DNA of 64,000 nucleotides from an uncultured delta proteobacterium (GTDB lineage Bacteria; Desulfobacterota; Zymogenia; Zymogenales; Zymogenaceae), in NCBI GenBank assembly GCA_963792965.1, contig CAWBYW010000007.1, positions 658,177-722,176 on the forward strand, in the 5' to 3' direction. The stretch's first letter is position 1. Each line of letters starts with the position of its first letter. The notes beneath the pieces were generated by a model that saw nothing but the letters and a program-made list of their open reading frames with translations, searched no databases and was not told where the DNA came from. Both the position numbers and the translations under genes were made by a program. This document shows, one piece after another, positions 29,223 through 39,500 of this stretch.

Positions 29223-30566
29223 TTACTTTTTCGTCGACTGTGCCGTCCGAATGATCTCCCTGACCTCGGCCAGCGGCGCGTCCCCTGAAAACGGTACGAA
29301 GACGAGGCTGAGACTGTCGATTCCCGAGAGACTCGACGCGGCCTTCTCGAGCTCAGTCGATCCGACCGGCTCTCCACTATCCCAATCCCTCACCTGGAGC
29401 TTTATCCCGACCCGGCCCGGATCCTCCGTGAGCGTGGTGGCCCGTGACGAGATATCGGCGAGGAGCCCGAGGGCGTCGCCTATATTTGAGAACCCCTTTT
29501 CCTTCATCATCTGGCGGTGGTAGGCCATGATGAAGAAATAGTCCGCTCCACTTTTCTTGTACTCGGTGATATCCTCCGAGAGCCACGCGAGCGCCTTCTC
29601 CGGACGGCAGGCCGCTTCGTACGAAAGATTGACGGCGAACTCCATATCGGGACGGATTTCGTGCACTCCGTCAATAATCGCGCGTGCAACCCCGGCAAGG
29701 CGCCGGGCCTTGAAGCGCGACCATTTCCAGAAATCATCCGTGTAGCCCCGTGCGTAAAACTTTGTCCCGTCCGGCGACGGGTACGGGTCGACATAGAAAG
29801 ATTCGGGACGAATCGGGGCGCCGTAGAGCTTCTCCGCGTGTTCCCCCATTCCCTCGTTATGTTTGAGGACGAGGTCATCCTGAAAGAGGATTCCGTCGAT
29901 GTCGTAGGCCGCCAGGTCCCTATAGAGCGAGACCAGGTCGTCCACCCGCGCATCGTCGAAGAGGTCCCTCCCGAAGGCCGGCACGATCATCTTCTTACTG
30001 AAATCGTAGACACGAAGCCCGTAAGCACTATCCCCCCACGACGCGTATCGCGTGGTCATCCACGCCCACACAGAGAGCCTGTTCTTCTTGGCCGCCGAGA
30101 TAATCGCGTTGAGCACGTCGTCCACAACCGGCGCGTGGGTAGTATTGAAATAGACCCCCGCGTCCGTCTTGGGATGTGCGAAGGGATAGAAGTGATCTCC
30201 TTTATTATGGAATACCCGGACGATAACCGTGTCCGCACCTGTATCCGAGATCGCCTTCATCTCCCGATCCAGCTGTTCGGGGGTCCGCGACGAAAAGAGG
30301 AGCACCTGGAAGCCCAGGATACGCTTCACCGGCTTTTCCTTGAGCACGGTTGTCTTATTTCCTTCAGGTATTGCGCCGATACCTGAGTCGTTCGGCGAAG
30401 GAAGCGTGCGGGTGGAGATGAAGTTGGAGGGGGCAGAGGTATGTATCGGTTCCGGTGCGCACCCGATAAAAAAAAGAAGCGCACAGGAGATCCCGACCGT
30501 GATCCCGGCGGCGCGCTTCCCATGTCGTGTCTTACGGATCACGTGTACACCGGTAAGAATGGCCAA
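29223..30566 (-). CDS. GH153/GHL13 (PgaB C-terminal-like) glycoside hydrolase, probable lipoprotein
   Basis: FFIGC lipobox-like; VWAWM, DGILFQDD, W...K, MAY motifs. Confidence 0.72.
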   Translation of the reverse strand: MAILTGVHVIRKTRHGKRAAGITVGISCALLFFIGCAPEPIHTSAPSNFISTRTLPSPNDSGIGAIPEGNKTTVLKEKPVKRILGFQVLLFSSRTPEQLDREMKAISDTGADTVIVRVFHNKGDHFYPFAHPKTDAGVYFNTTHAPVVDDVLNAIISAAKKNRLSVWAWMTTRYASWGDSAYGLRVYDFSKKMIVPAFGRDLFDDARVDDLVSLYRDLAAYDIDGILFQDDLVLKHNEGMGEHAEKLYGAPIRPESFYVDPYPSPDGTKFYARGYTDDFWKWSRFKARRLAGVARAIIDGVHEIRPDMEFAVNLSYEAACRPEKALAWLSEDITEYKKSGADYFFIMAYHRQMMKEKGFSNIGDALGLLADISSRATTLTEDPGRVGIKLQVRDWDSGEPVGSTELEKAASSLSGIDSLSLVFVPFSGDAPLAEVREIIRTAQSTKK

Positions 30567-30569
30567 CGA

Positions 30570-31227
30570 TTACTGAAAATGCGCGGGGAGCTCCGAGATG
30601 TCCTCGATGATGATCTCCGCCCCGGCGTCTTTCAGGTCTTTACGTGTTCCGAACCCGTAGGTAACGCCACAGGGGATGACGCCCGCGGCCCGTGCCGCCT
30701 TGATGTCGTCAGGGGTGTCTCCCACCATTACGGTGCGGGAGGGGTCGGCGCCGAACTCGCTTCACGGCAAAGATAATTGGCTCGGGATACGGCTTCATGC
30801 TCCCCGCGGTATCGGCCCCCACCACGAGGTCGATCATATCGGTAAGCCCCAGCCCTTCAATGACTCGGTCGGCCATATGTTTGAGCTTATTGGTCACCAC
30901 CGCCTTCTTCTTGGTGATGCCGGAGAGGGTTTCGATGACCCCGGGGAACGGTTTGGTAGTAACCAGAAGGTGCTTGTCGAGATGCTCGAGGTAGACCCGG
31001 AAGGTCTCATACTTCGCGGCGCCGTCACCGCCGGAAAACCTCGAAAGGAGCTGAGATACACCTTTGCCCAGGAGGGTGGCGATACGCTCCTCGGAGAGCT
31101 CGCGAAATCCAAAGGATTTGAGGGTCTGGTTGATAGCGGCCACGAGATCTTTCTTGGAGTCAGACAGCGTGCCGTCGAGGTCGAAGAGGAAGAGGTCTAT
31201 TTCCTTTTTATGGTTTTTCTTTTCCAT
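30570..31227 (-). CDS. HAD-family phosphatase (phosphoglycolate phosphatase-like); frameshift near 30760
   Basis: FDLDGTL, VTNK, KPYPE; second frame MVGDTPDDIKAARAAG...VTYGFG to TAA 30570. Confidence 0.82.
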
Positions 31228-31360
31228 CGGAGTCTTGTGCTCACCCCCCTCGTATTGATGTCTATCGTTAACCGGACGCCATAATAGATCGTAGAAACCC
31301 AAGTTTTTGAACTATAGCACCAATATAAATAAATTGTCAACATGAGAGAATACTTATTTC

Positions 31361-31389
31361 TTGATCGAAAGACTATTTTTTTATATACT
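31361..31389 (+). promoter_or_regulatory. sigma70-like promoter for arsN2
   Basis: TTGATC-17 bp-TATACT in AT-rich divergent spacer. Confidence 0.5.
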
Positions 31390-31441
31390 TGAGAGGCCGA
31401 CAACAATCGCCGCGGTCAACGGGTGCCCAAGAGAGACCAAT

Positions 31442-31887
31442 ATGGAAGCAGTAATTACGCTCAGGAAGGCGCACAAGGACGACATCCCGTTTATCACGCG
31501 GTGCTTCAGGAAAACGAGCTTCCCTGCAGACGACGTGCCGGAAAAGATAGACTCGCTCTTCGTCGTCCTTTCCGATCGGCGGGACGTAGGCACCGGCGGG
31601 GTGGAGCTCCTCGGCCGGTACGGGCTCCTCCGATCTCTGGCAGTCCGGCACGAGGAGCGGAACAAGGGGATATGGCGCGGCGGCCGTGCGTGGGTTGGTG
31701 CGGCACGCAAAGGAGCGGGGAGTCGAGGAGCTCTACCTGCTGACGACGGACGCGGAGGCCTTCTTCGAGAAGCTCGGGTTTGAGCGAATCGACCGGGACT
31801 CCGCACCTCTGTCCCGTCAAAGAGACGAGCCAGTTCTCGGGCCTCTGACCAGACTCGGCCGTCCTGCTGGTCAGCAGGCTCGCGTAG
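31442..31887 (+). CDS. arsN2: arsenic-resistance N-acetyltransferase ArsN2-family GNAT with several indels; in-frame TGA (31846-31848) at the conserved Cys position
   Basis: Across frames: ENELP, GGVE...GLLRSLAV, LYLLTTDAEAFFEKLGF...RDSAP, ETSQFSGL-TGA-PDSAVLLVSRLA-TAG. Confidence 0.75.
31863..31878 (+). promoter_or_regulatory. bacterial SECIS-like element
   Basis: CCUGCU-GGUC-AGCAGG perfect hairpin; loop starts 21 nt after UGA. Confidence 0.65.
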
Positions 31888-31980
31888 CCTCCCATGCGCC
31901 CTTCAGAGATCCCTGGGACTGGGCAGATGATTCCCCGGGAAAAGAGCGTTCTCGTTTTTCGAGAAAGCTCTCTCTATTTC

Positions 31981-32631
31981 TCACCGCTTTTCAAGATAAC
32001 GCGCGATCATCCGGGCCGTTTCCCGAAAGACGCGGTCGCGGTCGATCGGTACCTCGTAGAATAAGAGGTACTGAATAATCTCATCCATAGCTTTGTGGAC
32101 GACGAGCGTTGCGGCATCGGCGTCTCTCACCTCGATTCGGTCTCCATAGCGCTCTAAGAAGGCCCCGACGATAACCTTCCGTGCCTCCCGCTCGAAGGAC
32201 TCATGGACCGCCCTGATCTCGTCGTCGATGAGCGAAAGGATTACGACATCTCGCTGTATCCTGAGACGGCGTGAGAGAATTCCGGCAAACCGCTTGATGA
32301 CGCGGTATATGGACTCCTCGATATCGACGGTGTCGGAGGGGTCATCGTTGGTTTGACCCAACAACTCATCTCTGAATTCATCCGAATAAGACGCAAAGAT
32401 CTCGACGAAGATATTCTTCTTATCGGAAAAATATGCATATACGGTCCCGATCGAGACTCCGGCGGCGGCCGCGATATCTCGCATTCCGACGGCATCGTAC
32501 CCTCTCCGGGAAAAGAGCTCAAAGGCCGCTTCCACGATCCTCGCTTTCTTTTCCCTGGCGCGATCCTGCACCGGTGTGCGTGCGGTGCTTCTTCTTCTCC
32601 CTCCCGGTTTACCTCTATTATCCATCTCCAC
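31981..32631 (-). CDS. TetR/AcrR-family regulator
   Basis: IVEAAFELF...GMRDIAAAAGVSIGTVYAYFSDK HTH. Confidence 0.92.
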   Translation of the reverse strand: MEMDNRGKPGGRRRSTARTPVQDRAREKKARIVEAAFELFSRRGYDAVGMRDIAAAAGVSIGTVYAYFSDKKNIFVEIFASYSDEFRDELLGQTNDDPSDTVDIEESIYRVIKRFAGILSRRLRIQRDVVILSLIDDEIRAVHESFEREARKVIVGAFLERYGDRIEVRDADAATLVVHKAMDEIIQYLLFYEVPIDRDRVFRETARMIARYLEKR

Positions 32632-32741
32632 GACTCCATGAACGGTCTTGGCAAGACGTCATCTCCGTGAGCGACCGGTGATCATCATATCGGGTTTCCT
32701 TTCGTTTATCAAGAATAATAAGAACCGTGTTCGCTTTTCTC

Positions 32742-32793
32742 TTGACAGAGAGAAACAGAGCGTATAGAATCATAATATGAACGCCGTTCATAT
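32742..32793 (+). promoter_or_regulatory. sigma70 promoter plus TetR-type operator
   Basis: TTGACA-17-TAGAAT (32742-32770) followed by ATATGAAC-gcc-GTTCATAT (32775-32793). Confidence 0.7.
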
Positions 32794-32843
32794 GGACCCT
32801 ATTCCTCGGCTACGTCCATGCCGGGGCTCCAAAGGAGGATACC

Positions 32844-34060
32844 ATGAAACAATTCAGGCCACACGTCGGGTACCATCATTTTCACGACGAGGTGAACATG
32901 AACTTCCAACTCAATCGTGCTCTCTCGTTCGGGGAGGGCACCGCCCCCGAGATCGACGCGATTGCCCGGAGAATAAAGAACCTCGCCGATTGGAAGCGGG
33001 AGTTTCTGGGGCTTGCCCGGATGGCGGAACGCGAAGGGAGGACGGCCGTCGCCCTGTCTTCCTATCGGCTTGCCGAGTTCTACATGACCACGGGCGACCC
33101 CGACAAAGAGCGGGCATACGATCGGTTCATCGAGCTCTTCCACGATTATATGGAGGATGAATATGCGAAGGGACGCATCATCGAAGATCGTGTAACTTAC
33201 CAGCGGGGATATCTTCCCGTGATGAGACTCCCGGTGACCGAGGGGAAGAAGAAGGGTACGCTTGTGGCGCACGGCGGGTACGACTCATTTATCGAGGAGC
33301 TCTACCCATTGATGACCTATTTTCGCGATCATGGATACGAAGTATACGCCTTCGAGGGGCCGGGCCAGGGGGGATGTCTCAGGAGGTACGGACTCGTGAT
33401 GACTCCCGAGTGGGAAAAACCGGTCTCCGCGATCCTCGATCATTATAAGCTCGAGCGACGTGACGCTGTTGGGAATTTCGCTCGGCGGGTATCTGGCGCC
33501 CCGCGCCGGCGGCATTTGAAAAAAGAATAGCGCGAGTAATCGCCTACGACGTGATCTACGACTTCTTCGGATGCATCGCGTCGGCTCGGGGACCTCTTTT
33601 GGCGACCGTGATACGCGCCCTCACGGCTCTGAGGGCCGCGCCGTTGCTCAATGCGATCGTCCGTGCCCGGATGAAACACGACCCCTTCGTCTCGTGGGGA
33701 GTGAGCCAAGGATACCATGTATTCGGAGTGAAAAGGCCCTACAACTATTTTAAGGAAACGATGGAATACTCGACGAAAAAGATTTCCCGCCTCGTCATCC
33801 AGGATGTCCTTTTGCTGGCCGGCACCCACGACCATTTCGTCCCGACCGAGATGCTCTACCGCCAGGCAAAAGCGCTCACAAGCGTCCGCTCCCTGACTTG
33901 TCGTCTCTTCACCGAGGCAGAGTTCGCCCAAAGCCATTGTCAGGTCGGAAACATCGAGCTCGCGCTCTCGTGTATCGTTGCGTGGATGGACGAGATGGGG
34001 GACGAGAAAAGAAGTGAGCGGCCGATGAATACTTCGAGAAAGATTCGTTCACTCCGTTGA
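32844..34060 (+). CDS. alpha/beta hydrolase (S9/FrsA-like); two frameshifts near 33455 and 33508
   Basis: GGYDSFIEE, EGPGQG, GISLGG nucleophile elbow in the intermediate frame, DHFVP, HCQVGN. Confidence 0.82.
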
Positions 34061-34082
34061 GGGCCGCGAGGAGCAACAAATG

Positions 34083-34109
34083 AAAACGGGGGGCGCATGC
34101 CCCCCCGTT
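34083..34109. terminator. hairpin between convergent genes
   Basis: aacgggggg-cgcatg-ccccccgtt. Confidence 0.65.
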
Positions 34110-34132
34110 GTGTCTATCCTGAATCTTCCTCG

Positions 34133-36588
34133 TTACAGCCCGAGATCTTCCTTCCAGAAGCGGCTCCCCTCAGAGGGCCGGCCGTAGTCGCCGCCCTCGC
34201 TCGGAAGGCTGTCGGACTTGAAGCATTCGATCACCGAGCCCATCGACTCATCGGTGACGACCCCTCCCGTTTCCGGGTCGACCCGCTCAAAGACGACGCC
34301 CTCCGGGACCGGGAAGCTCTCCACCGGCATACCCTTGACCGCCTCCACCATGTAGTTGAGCCAGATGGGGGCGGCGGCCATCGCTCCGGTCTCGTTGTGG
34401 CCGATCGTCTTTTCATCGTCGAACCCGACCCAGACGCCGGTCGTCAGCTGGGGAACGTATCCCATGAACCAGGCGTCGACGAACTCATCGGTCGTCCCGG
34501 TCTTTCCCGGCACAGGGCCGCCCGATGGCCGCAACGCGCGAGCCGGTCCCGCTCTGCACGACGCTTTCCATGAGGCTCGTCATGATGTACGCGGTGGCGG
34601 GGGAAATAACCGGCTCCGATTTGGGGAGATTCTCCTCGAGGACCTTTCCGTCACGATCGACGATCTTGGTGACATAGATCGGCTGGACGCGGTTACCCTG
34701 ATCGTTGAAGACGCAGTAGACGTTGGTGAGCTCCAGAGAGCGAAACGCCCACCGAGCCGAGCGCAAGCGAGGGCACCGGATCAAGCGGCGACGTGATGCC
34801 GAGCCGTTTGGCGTAGTCCACGACGTAGTCGGGGCCGATATCCATGATGATCTTTACCGTTACGATATTGCGGGAGAGCATCAGCGCCTTACGGAACGTG
34901 GTTGGTCCGTAGAACTCCCCGTCATAGTTCTTCGGCTTCCAGACGCCTCCCCGCGAGTACTTATCCCGATAGACAACCGGGGAGTCATAGATAACCGTGG
35001 CCGGGGTGTATCCCTTGTCGAGGGCCGCCGAATAAATGATCGGCTTGAACGAAGAGCCGGGCTGCCGCCGCCCCTGTACGCACCGATTGAATTCGCTCCG
35101 GCCAAAGTCATACCCGCCCACCATGACCCGGACGTACCCGGTATCGGGCTCCATCGCAAAAACCGCGCCTTCAACGAGGGGTTCCTGGTCCAGCGCAAGC
35201 CGGTACTGGCCACTGGCGTCGTCGCGGCTTTTGATCGAAACGAGGATAATGTCCCCCTTCTTAAGGGCCGAAGACGGTTTCGAAATGCTGTAGGAGTAGA
35301 CGTCCGGGTTGAACTCCCGCGCCCAGCTCATGTCCGAAAGGGCGATGGTTCCGGTGAAGTTGCCCAGATCGACGGTGACGAGGTTCTTTGAATCGTCCAC
35401 CTTGGTCACGAGTCCCTTATAGGTCGATCCGATCACCAGCGGTTTCGTTCCATATTGTTCCTGGAGTCCGGTGACAAATTTCTGGGCGTCCTCTCCCGAT
35501 ACGTTGTCCGCGGCTCCCCTCCACCCCTGGCGCTTGTCAAGCTCCTTGAGACCTTTTCTCAGGGCGACGAGGGCCGATTTGTGCATATCCGCGTCGGCGG
35601 TGGTGTAGACCGAGAGCCCCTCCCGATAGAGGACCGTCGATCCATATTTGTCCTCGATGTATCGACGAACATATTCCGAAAAGTACGGGCATTTCTCCCT
35701 GGTAGGGCTTTCGATCGGCTTGAGGGAGATAGGCGCCTTGAGCGCCTCCTCGATCTCCTTGTTGTTGATGAAGTTTTCCTTGACCATCATCGACAGGACG
35801 TAACGCTGCCGCTCCTTGGCCTTTTCCCAATGTTTATAGGGGGAGAAGCTGTCCGGCGCCTTGGGAAGCCCCGCCAGCAGCGCACATTCGGCCAGATTGA
35901 GCTGGTCGACCGGCTTTCCAAAATAGACCTCCGAGGCCGCCTCAACCCCATAAGCGCCGTAGCCCAAGTAGATCTGGTTAAGGTAGAGGTAGAGGATCTC
36001 CTCCTTCGTCAGGTAGTTTTCAATGCGGTAGGCAAGGATCGCCTCCTTGATTTTGCGCGTGAAATCGACGTTAGGCGTCAACAGGAGCGTCTTGATAAGC
36101 TGCTGGGTGATGGTGCTGCCGCCTTCTACGATCCGTCCCGCTTCGAGATTGTGGATGAAGGCGCGGATGATCCCGCGGATGTCTATCCCCGGGTGCCTGA
36201 AAAAGCCGCCGTCTTCCGCGGCGACAAACGCCAGCACCAGCGTCTTAGGTATCTTATCGTAGGAGACGACGACCCTCCGCTCTACGAAGTATTCGCCGAT
36301 CAGATCGCCCTTATCTCCGTAGATCTTTGTAATGATACTCGGTCGGTAATCCTTAAGCGCGGTGCCGCTCGGGAGGTCACGCGAGAAAAAGAGATAGACT
36401 CCGAGGAAGATAGAGGAGGTAAGCACCAGAAAGACGAGGGTTATGAACAGAAAGATAACGAGAGCCATCTTCCTCTTCTGGGTCTTGCTGTCCGCAAGCA
36501 TCATCAGGCTCTCTTCCGACGTCTTGTAGCCCTTGTCTCTAAACATGGTGAATCGGGGGAATTTCGCTTTAACGTTCAATTTTATCAC
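34133..36588 (-). CDS. mrcA: penicillin-binding protein 1A; two frameshifts near 34740 and 34525
   Basis: TM anchor, EDxxF..H.G, GGSTITQQL, RKIKE, PGSSFK, SRN, GKTGTT motifs over three frames. Confidence 0.9.
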
Positions 36589-36657
36589 TCAATCCGTAAC
36601 ATTTCAATCATATAGTTCGACACATACGCCGCCACGAGGTTCCGAAAAACAGAGCGA

Positions 36658-37653
36658 TCACAGCATTTTCTCTACGAAGGCCTTGCTCCGAAGCTCTTTC
36701 ATCCACTGCTCGAAGTAGCCCATCGTTCTTTCCCGCTTGATGGCCTCAATGATCTCGGGCTTCACGTCTTCGACCGTGACGCTTTCGATAGGCTTGGAAT
36801 CCGTGACCTTAAAAAGGAGGAACCCGTTTCCGGTGGCGACCACGTCGCTGACCTGGCCGGTCTTCATGGTGCCGAGCAGGGCCGCAAAGCCGGGGTCGAG
36901 AGTCGTGGAATTGATGAAGCCCATGTCGCCGCCCTTATCGGCGTCAGGAGCCGCCGAATATTCGCTGGCCATCGCCTCAAAGCTCGCTCCCGCTCGTATT
37001 TTCTTCATTACCATATCGGCCTTCTTCCCGACCTCGGCCACCGCATCGCTGGTTGCGTCCGCGGGAACCGGGAAGACGATTTCGCTGATGCGAAACTGCT
37101 TGCGGCCCGCGAACTCCGCCTTATGTTCGTCAAAATACTTCGCGATCTCATCGTCGGTTACGATGATGTGAGTAGCAAGCTTTCGGCCGATCAGCCTCTC
37201 CTTCTTGATCGAGTATTCGACTTCTTTTCGATACTCCTGATAGGTCTTGCCCTCTTTGGCCAGGAGATCCATGAGGTCCTGTCTGTTAAGTCCCTTCATC
37301 TTCAGCTGCTCGGCGATGGCCCGATCCACATCGATCTCGGTAATATCCAGTCCGTATCCCTTGACGGCCTGATCGAGGAGCTTCCTCAGGATGAGCTGCT
37401 CAAGCACGATATCCCGGGCCTCTTTGACGGTCATCCCGTTCTTGAGAACGGTGGAAGGCTCGCCCTGAACGTTACTGCCGCCTTCGGAGAGGAGTTCGCT
37501 CATCGTGATTACGTCATCGTTGACAATCGCGATCACCCTATCATTGACATCGGCGGCGTTGACACCCTTGGCAAAGAAGGCCCCGAGCAAGAGCGCCGCG
37601 CCTACCGGAACGTATCTGAGGAGAGTACTTCTTTTCATCTCACGAGCCTCCAA
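36658..37653 (-). CDS. SurA-like parvulin peptidyl-prolyl isomerase
   Basis: DRVIAIVNDDVIT SurA N-domain; FEAMASEYS, GGDMG rotamase. Confidence 0.85.
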   Translation of the reverse strand: MEAREMKRSTLLRYVPVGAALLLGAFFAKGVNAADVNDRVIAIVNDDVITMSELLSEGGSNVQGEPSTVLKNGMTVKEARDIVLEQLILRKLLDQAVKGYGLDITEIDVDRAIAEQLKMKGLNRQDLMDLLAKEGKTYQEYRKEVEYSIKKERLIGRKLATHIIVTDDEIAKYFDEHKAEFAGRKQFRISEIVFPVPADATSDAVAEVGKKADMVMKKIRAGASFEAMASEYSAAPDADKGGDMGFINSTTLDPGFAALLGTMKTGQVSDVVATGNGFLLFKVTDSKPIESVTVEDVKPEIIEAIKRERTMGYFEQWMKELRSKAFVEKML

Positions 37654-37672
37654 TAGTTGTATCTATCTTTCG

Positions 37673-38650
37673 CTACATCTTTATCTTCTCAAGGACCGAT
37701 GGATTTATCTCGATCTTCTTGTTCTTCCTCATCCCTTCGAACCACGCCGCGTATTTTTCTTCCTTCTTGGCACGTTTGAGCTTTTCTTCGATCTCGGGCC
37801 GTGCCTCTTCGAGGGTGAGCACCTTGGCTTCCCGCCGATCGATGACCTTGAAGATGTGAAAGCCATACTCGCTCTCGATCACCCCTGACATCTCCCCCGG
37901 CTTCATGGAAAAGACGACGGAGAATGCGGGGGGCATTTCGTCCTGGCTGAAGTATCCGAGGTCGCCACCCTTCTCAGAGTCCGGTGAGATGGAATAGGTC
38001 TTGGCAAGCTCCGAGAAATCCGCCCCGCCCTTGATCTTATCGAGGATGGTCTGGGCCTGATCTTTGGTCTCGACCATTATCTGAAGCGCCTTGACACGCG
38101 TGGGGGCGTTATACTGATCCTGATTATCCTTATAGTATTTTTCGATCTCTTCCGGCGTTACCGAAATATCGTTGCCCGCCACGGCCGACACCAGTTTATT
38201 GAGCATGATCTGATACTGGATCTCCTTCTTCCACGCCTCGGGGTCGATCTTCTCCTCTTTCATTCTCGAGGCAAAGGCGTTTGAATCCGGGTAATCGCCC
38301 ACGATCTTCTTGATCTGCTCGTTGATTTCCGCGTCGGAGACCGTAATGCCCATCTTTTGCGCCTCGGATGTGAGGAGCTTTTTCTCGATAAGCTGATTGA
38401 GCAGGTTCACTTTCAGGGTCTTGGCCCCTTCGGCGTTGAGGGATTCGCCCGGGGGAAGCTGCGCCTTCAGCTTTTCGAGGCCCGATTTGTATTCGGAGAG
38501 GGTAATCGTGGCACCGTCCACCGTTGCGAGGACTTCATCGCCCTGGCCTTCTTTTTCCCGCAGACCACAGCCGAACAAAAGCGTGAAGCCAAGCGGGATC
38601 AGGATCAGGATAATGGGAACGAGTCTCATTTGTTTCATGGATCTTCTCAC
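37673..38650 (-). CDS. PpiC-type peptidyl-prolyl isomerase lipoprotein
   Basis: LFGC lipobox; FSELAKTYS, GGDLG, YGFHIFK. Confidence 0.88.
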   Translation of the reverse strand: MRRSMKQMRLVPIILILIPLGFTLLFGCGLREKEGQGDEVLATVDGATITLSEYKSGLEKLKAQLPPGESLNAEGAKTLKVNLLNQLIEKKLLTSEAQKMGITVSDAEINEQIKKIVGDYPDSNAFASRMKEEKIDPEAWKKEIQYQIMLNKLVSAVAGNDISVTPEEIEKYYKDNQDQYNAPTRVKALQIMVETKDQAQTILDKIKGGADFSELAKTYSISPDSEKGGDLGYFSQDEMPPAFSVVFSMKPGEMSGVIESEYGFHIFKVIDRREAKVLTLEEARPEIEEKLKRAKKEEKYAAWFEGMRKNKKIEINPSVLEKIKM

Positions 38651-39477
38651 AATTTCTTTAAGCGGTCTTCATCTATCTCTATCGTAATTCCCTTTTCAAG
38701 CTTCTTGACAAAGTTCTCGAAGAACTGTTTCTCTTTTTGGTCGGCAATGAGCTGCCGTATTTTCTTGGCCGCCTCCTCATACGGGACGGTCTTTATCATC
38801 TTGGGTCTGTCCAGACGGATGATGTGAAATCCGAAATCGGTCTCGATAATGGGACTGATGTCTCCCGGTTTCTTCAGTGAAAAGAGCGCGTCCTCAAATT
38901 CGGGGATCATCTGACCCCGCGTGATTTCGCCGATGCTTCCCCCCGACTCCGCCCCCGGGCCTATGGAAAACTTCTTCGCCAGCTCGGAAAAGCTCTCGCC
39001 CCTTTTGAGGAGCGCCATGATCATCTCCGCGTCCTGACGGGTCCTCACCACAATGTAGCTTGCCTCCACCGTCTCCGTCGTGAATTGCCCCTTGTGGGTG
39101 TCGTAATATTCCCTTATCTCCTTATCGCTGACGACGGTCTCTCCCTCGAACTGACGGTTAAGAAGTTCGCTGATGAGGAGGTTGCGCCGGTAGTTTTCGA
39201 TCTTATATCGAATCTCCTCATTGTTTTGCAGCCCGAGACGCAACGCTTCCTGCAACAGAAGCTCTCGGACGATGATCTTATTGAGGAATTCCTTCTTATC
39301 TTCAATTGTCCTGAGGGCATTTCTCTGGGCCTCGGGAAGATTGTCCTTCTCCCAGAGGTATTCATCCACGGTGATCGTATGACCGTCAAAGCGAGCCAAT
39401 ACCTTGTCTTTGCTGCATCCCGCAACGTAGAGCAAGAGAAAAATGACAAAAAATAGCTTCAGAGCCCTGCGATCCAT
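38647..39477 (-). CDS. PpiC-type peptidyl-prolyl isomerase lipoprotein
   Basis: VAGC lipobox; FSELAKKFS, FGFHII. Confidence 0.88.
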   Translation of the reverse strand: MDRRALKLFFVIFLLLYVAGCSKDKVLARFDGHTITVDEYLWEKDNLPEAQRNALRTIEDKKEFLNKIIVRELLLQEALRLGLQNNEEIRYKIENYRRNLLISELLNRQFEGETVVSDKEIREYYDTHKGQFTTETVEASYIVVRTRQDAEMIMALLKRGESFSELAKKFSIGPGAESGGSIGEITRGQMIPEFEDALFSLKKPGDISPIIETDFGFHIIRLDRPKMIKTVPYEEAAKKIRQLIADQKEKQFFENFVKKLEKGITIEIDEDRLKKL

Positions 39478-39500
39478 AGGATCCTATTTAGGGAAATTCC

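Noticed and set aside
32632-32690. In-frame TGA upstream of tetR as Sec or readthrough
   Set aside because: No Cys-type motif, homology cue or SECIS-like hairpin.
36658-39477. Three tandem PPIase genes as a novelty
   Set aside because: mfd followed by parvulin/SurA genes is a familiar arrangement in this kind of organism.
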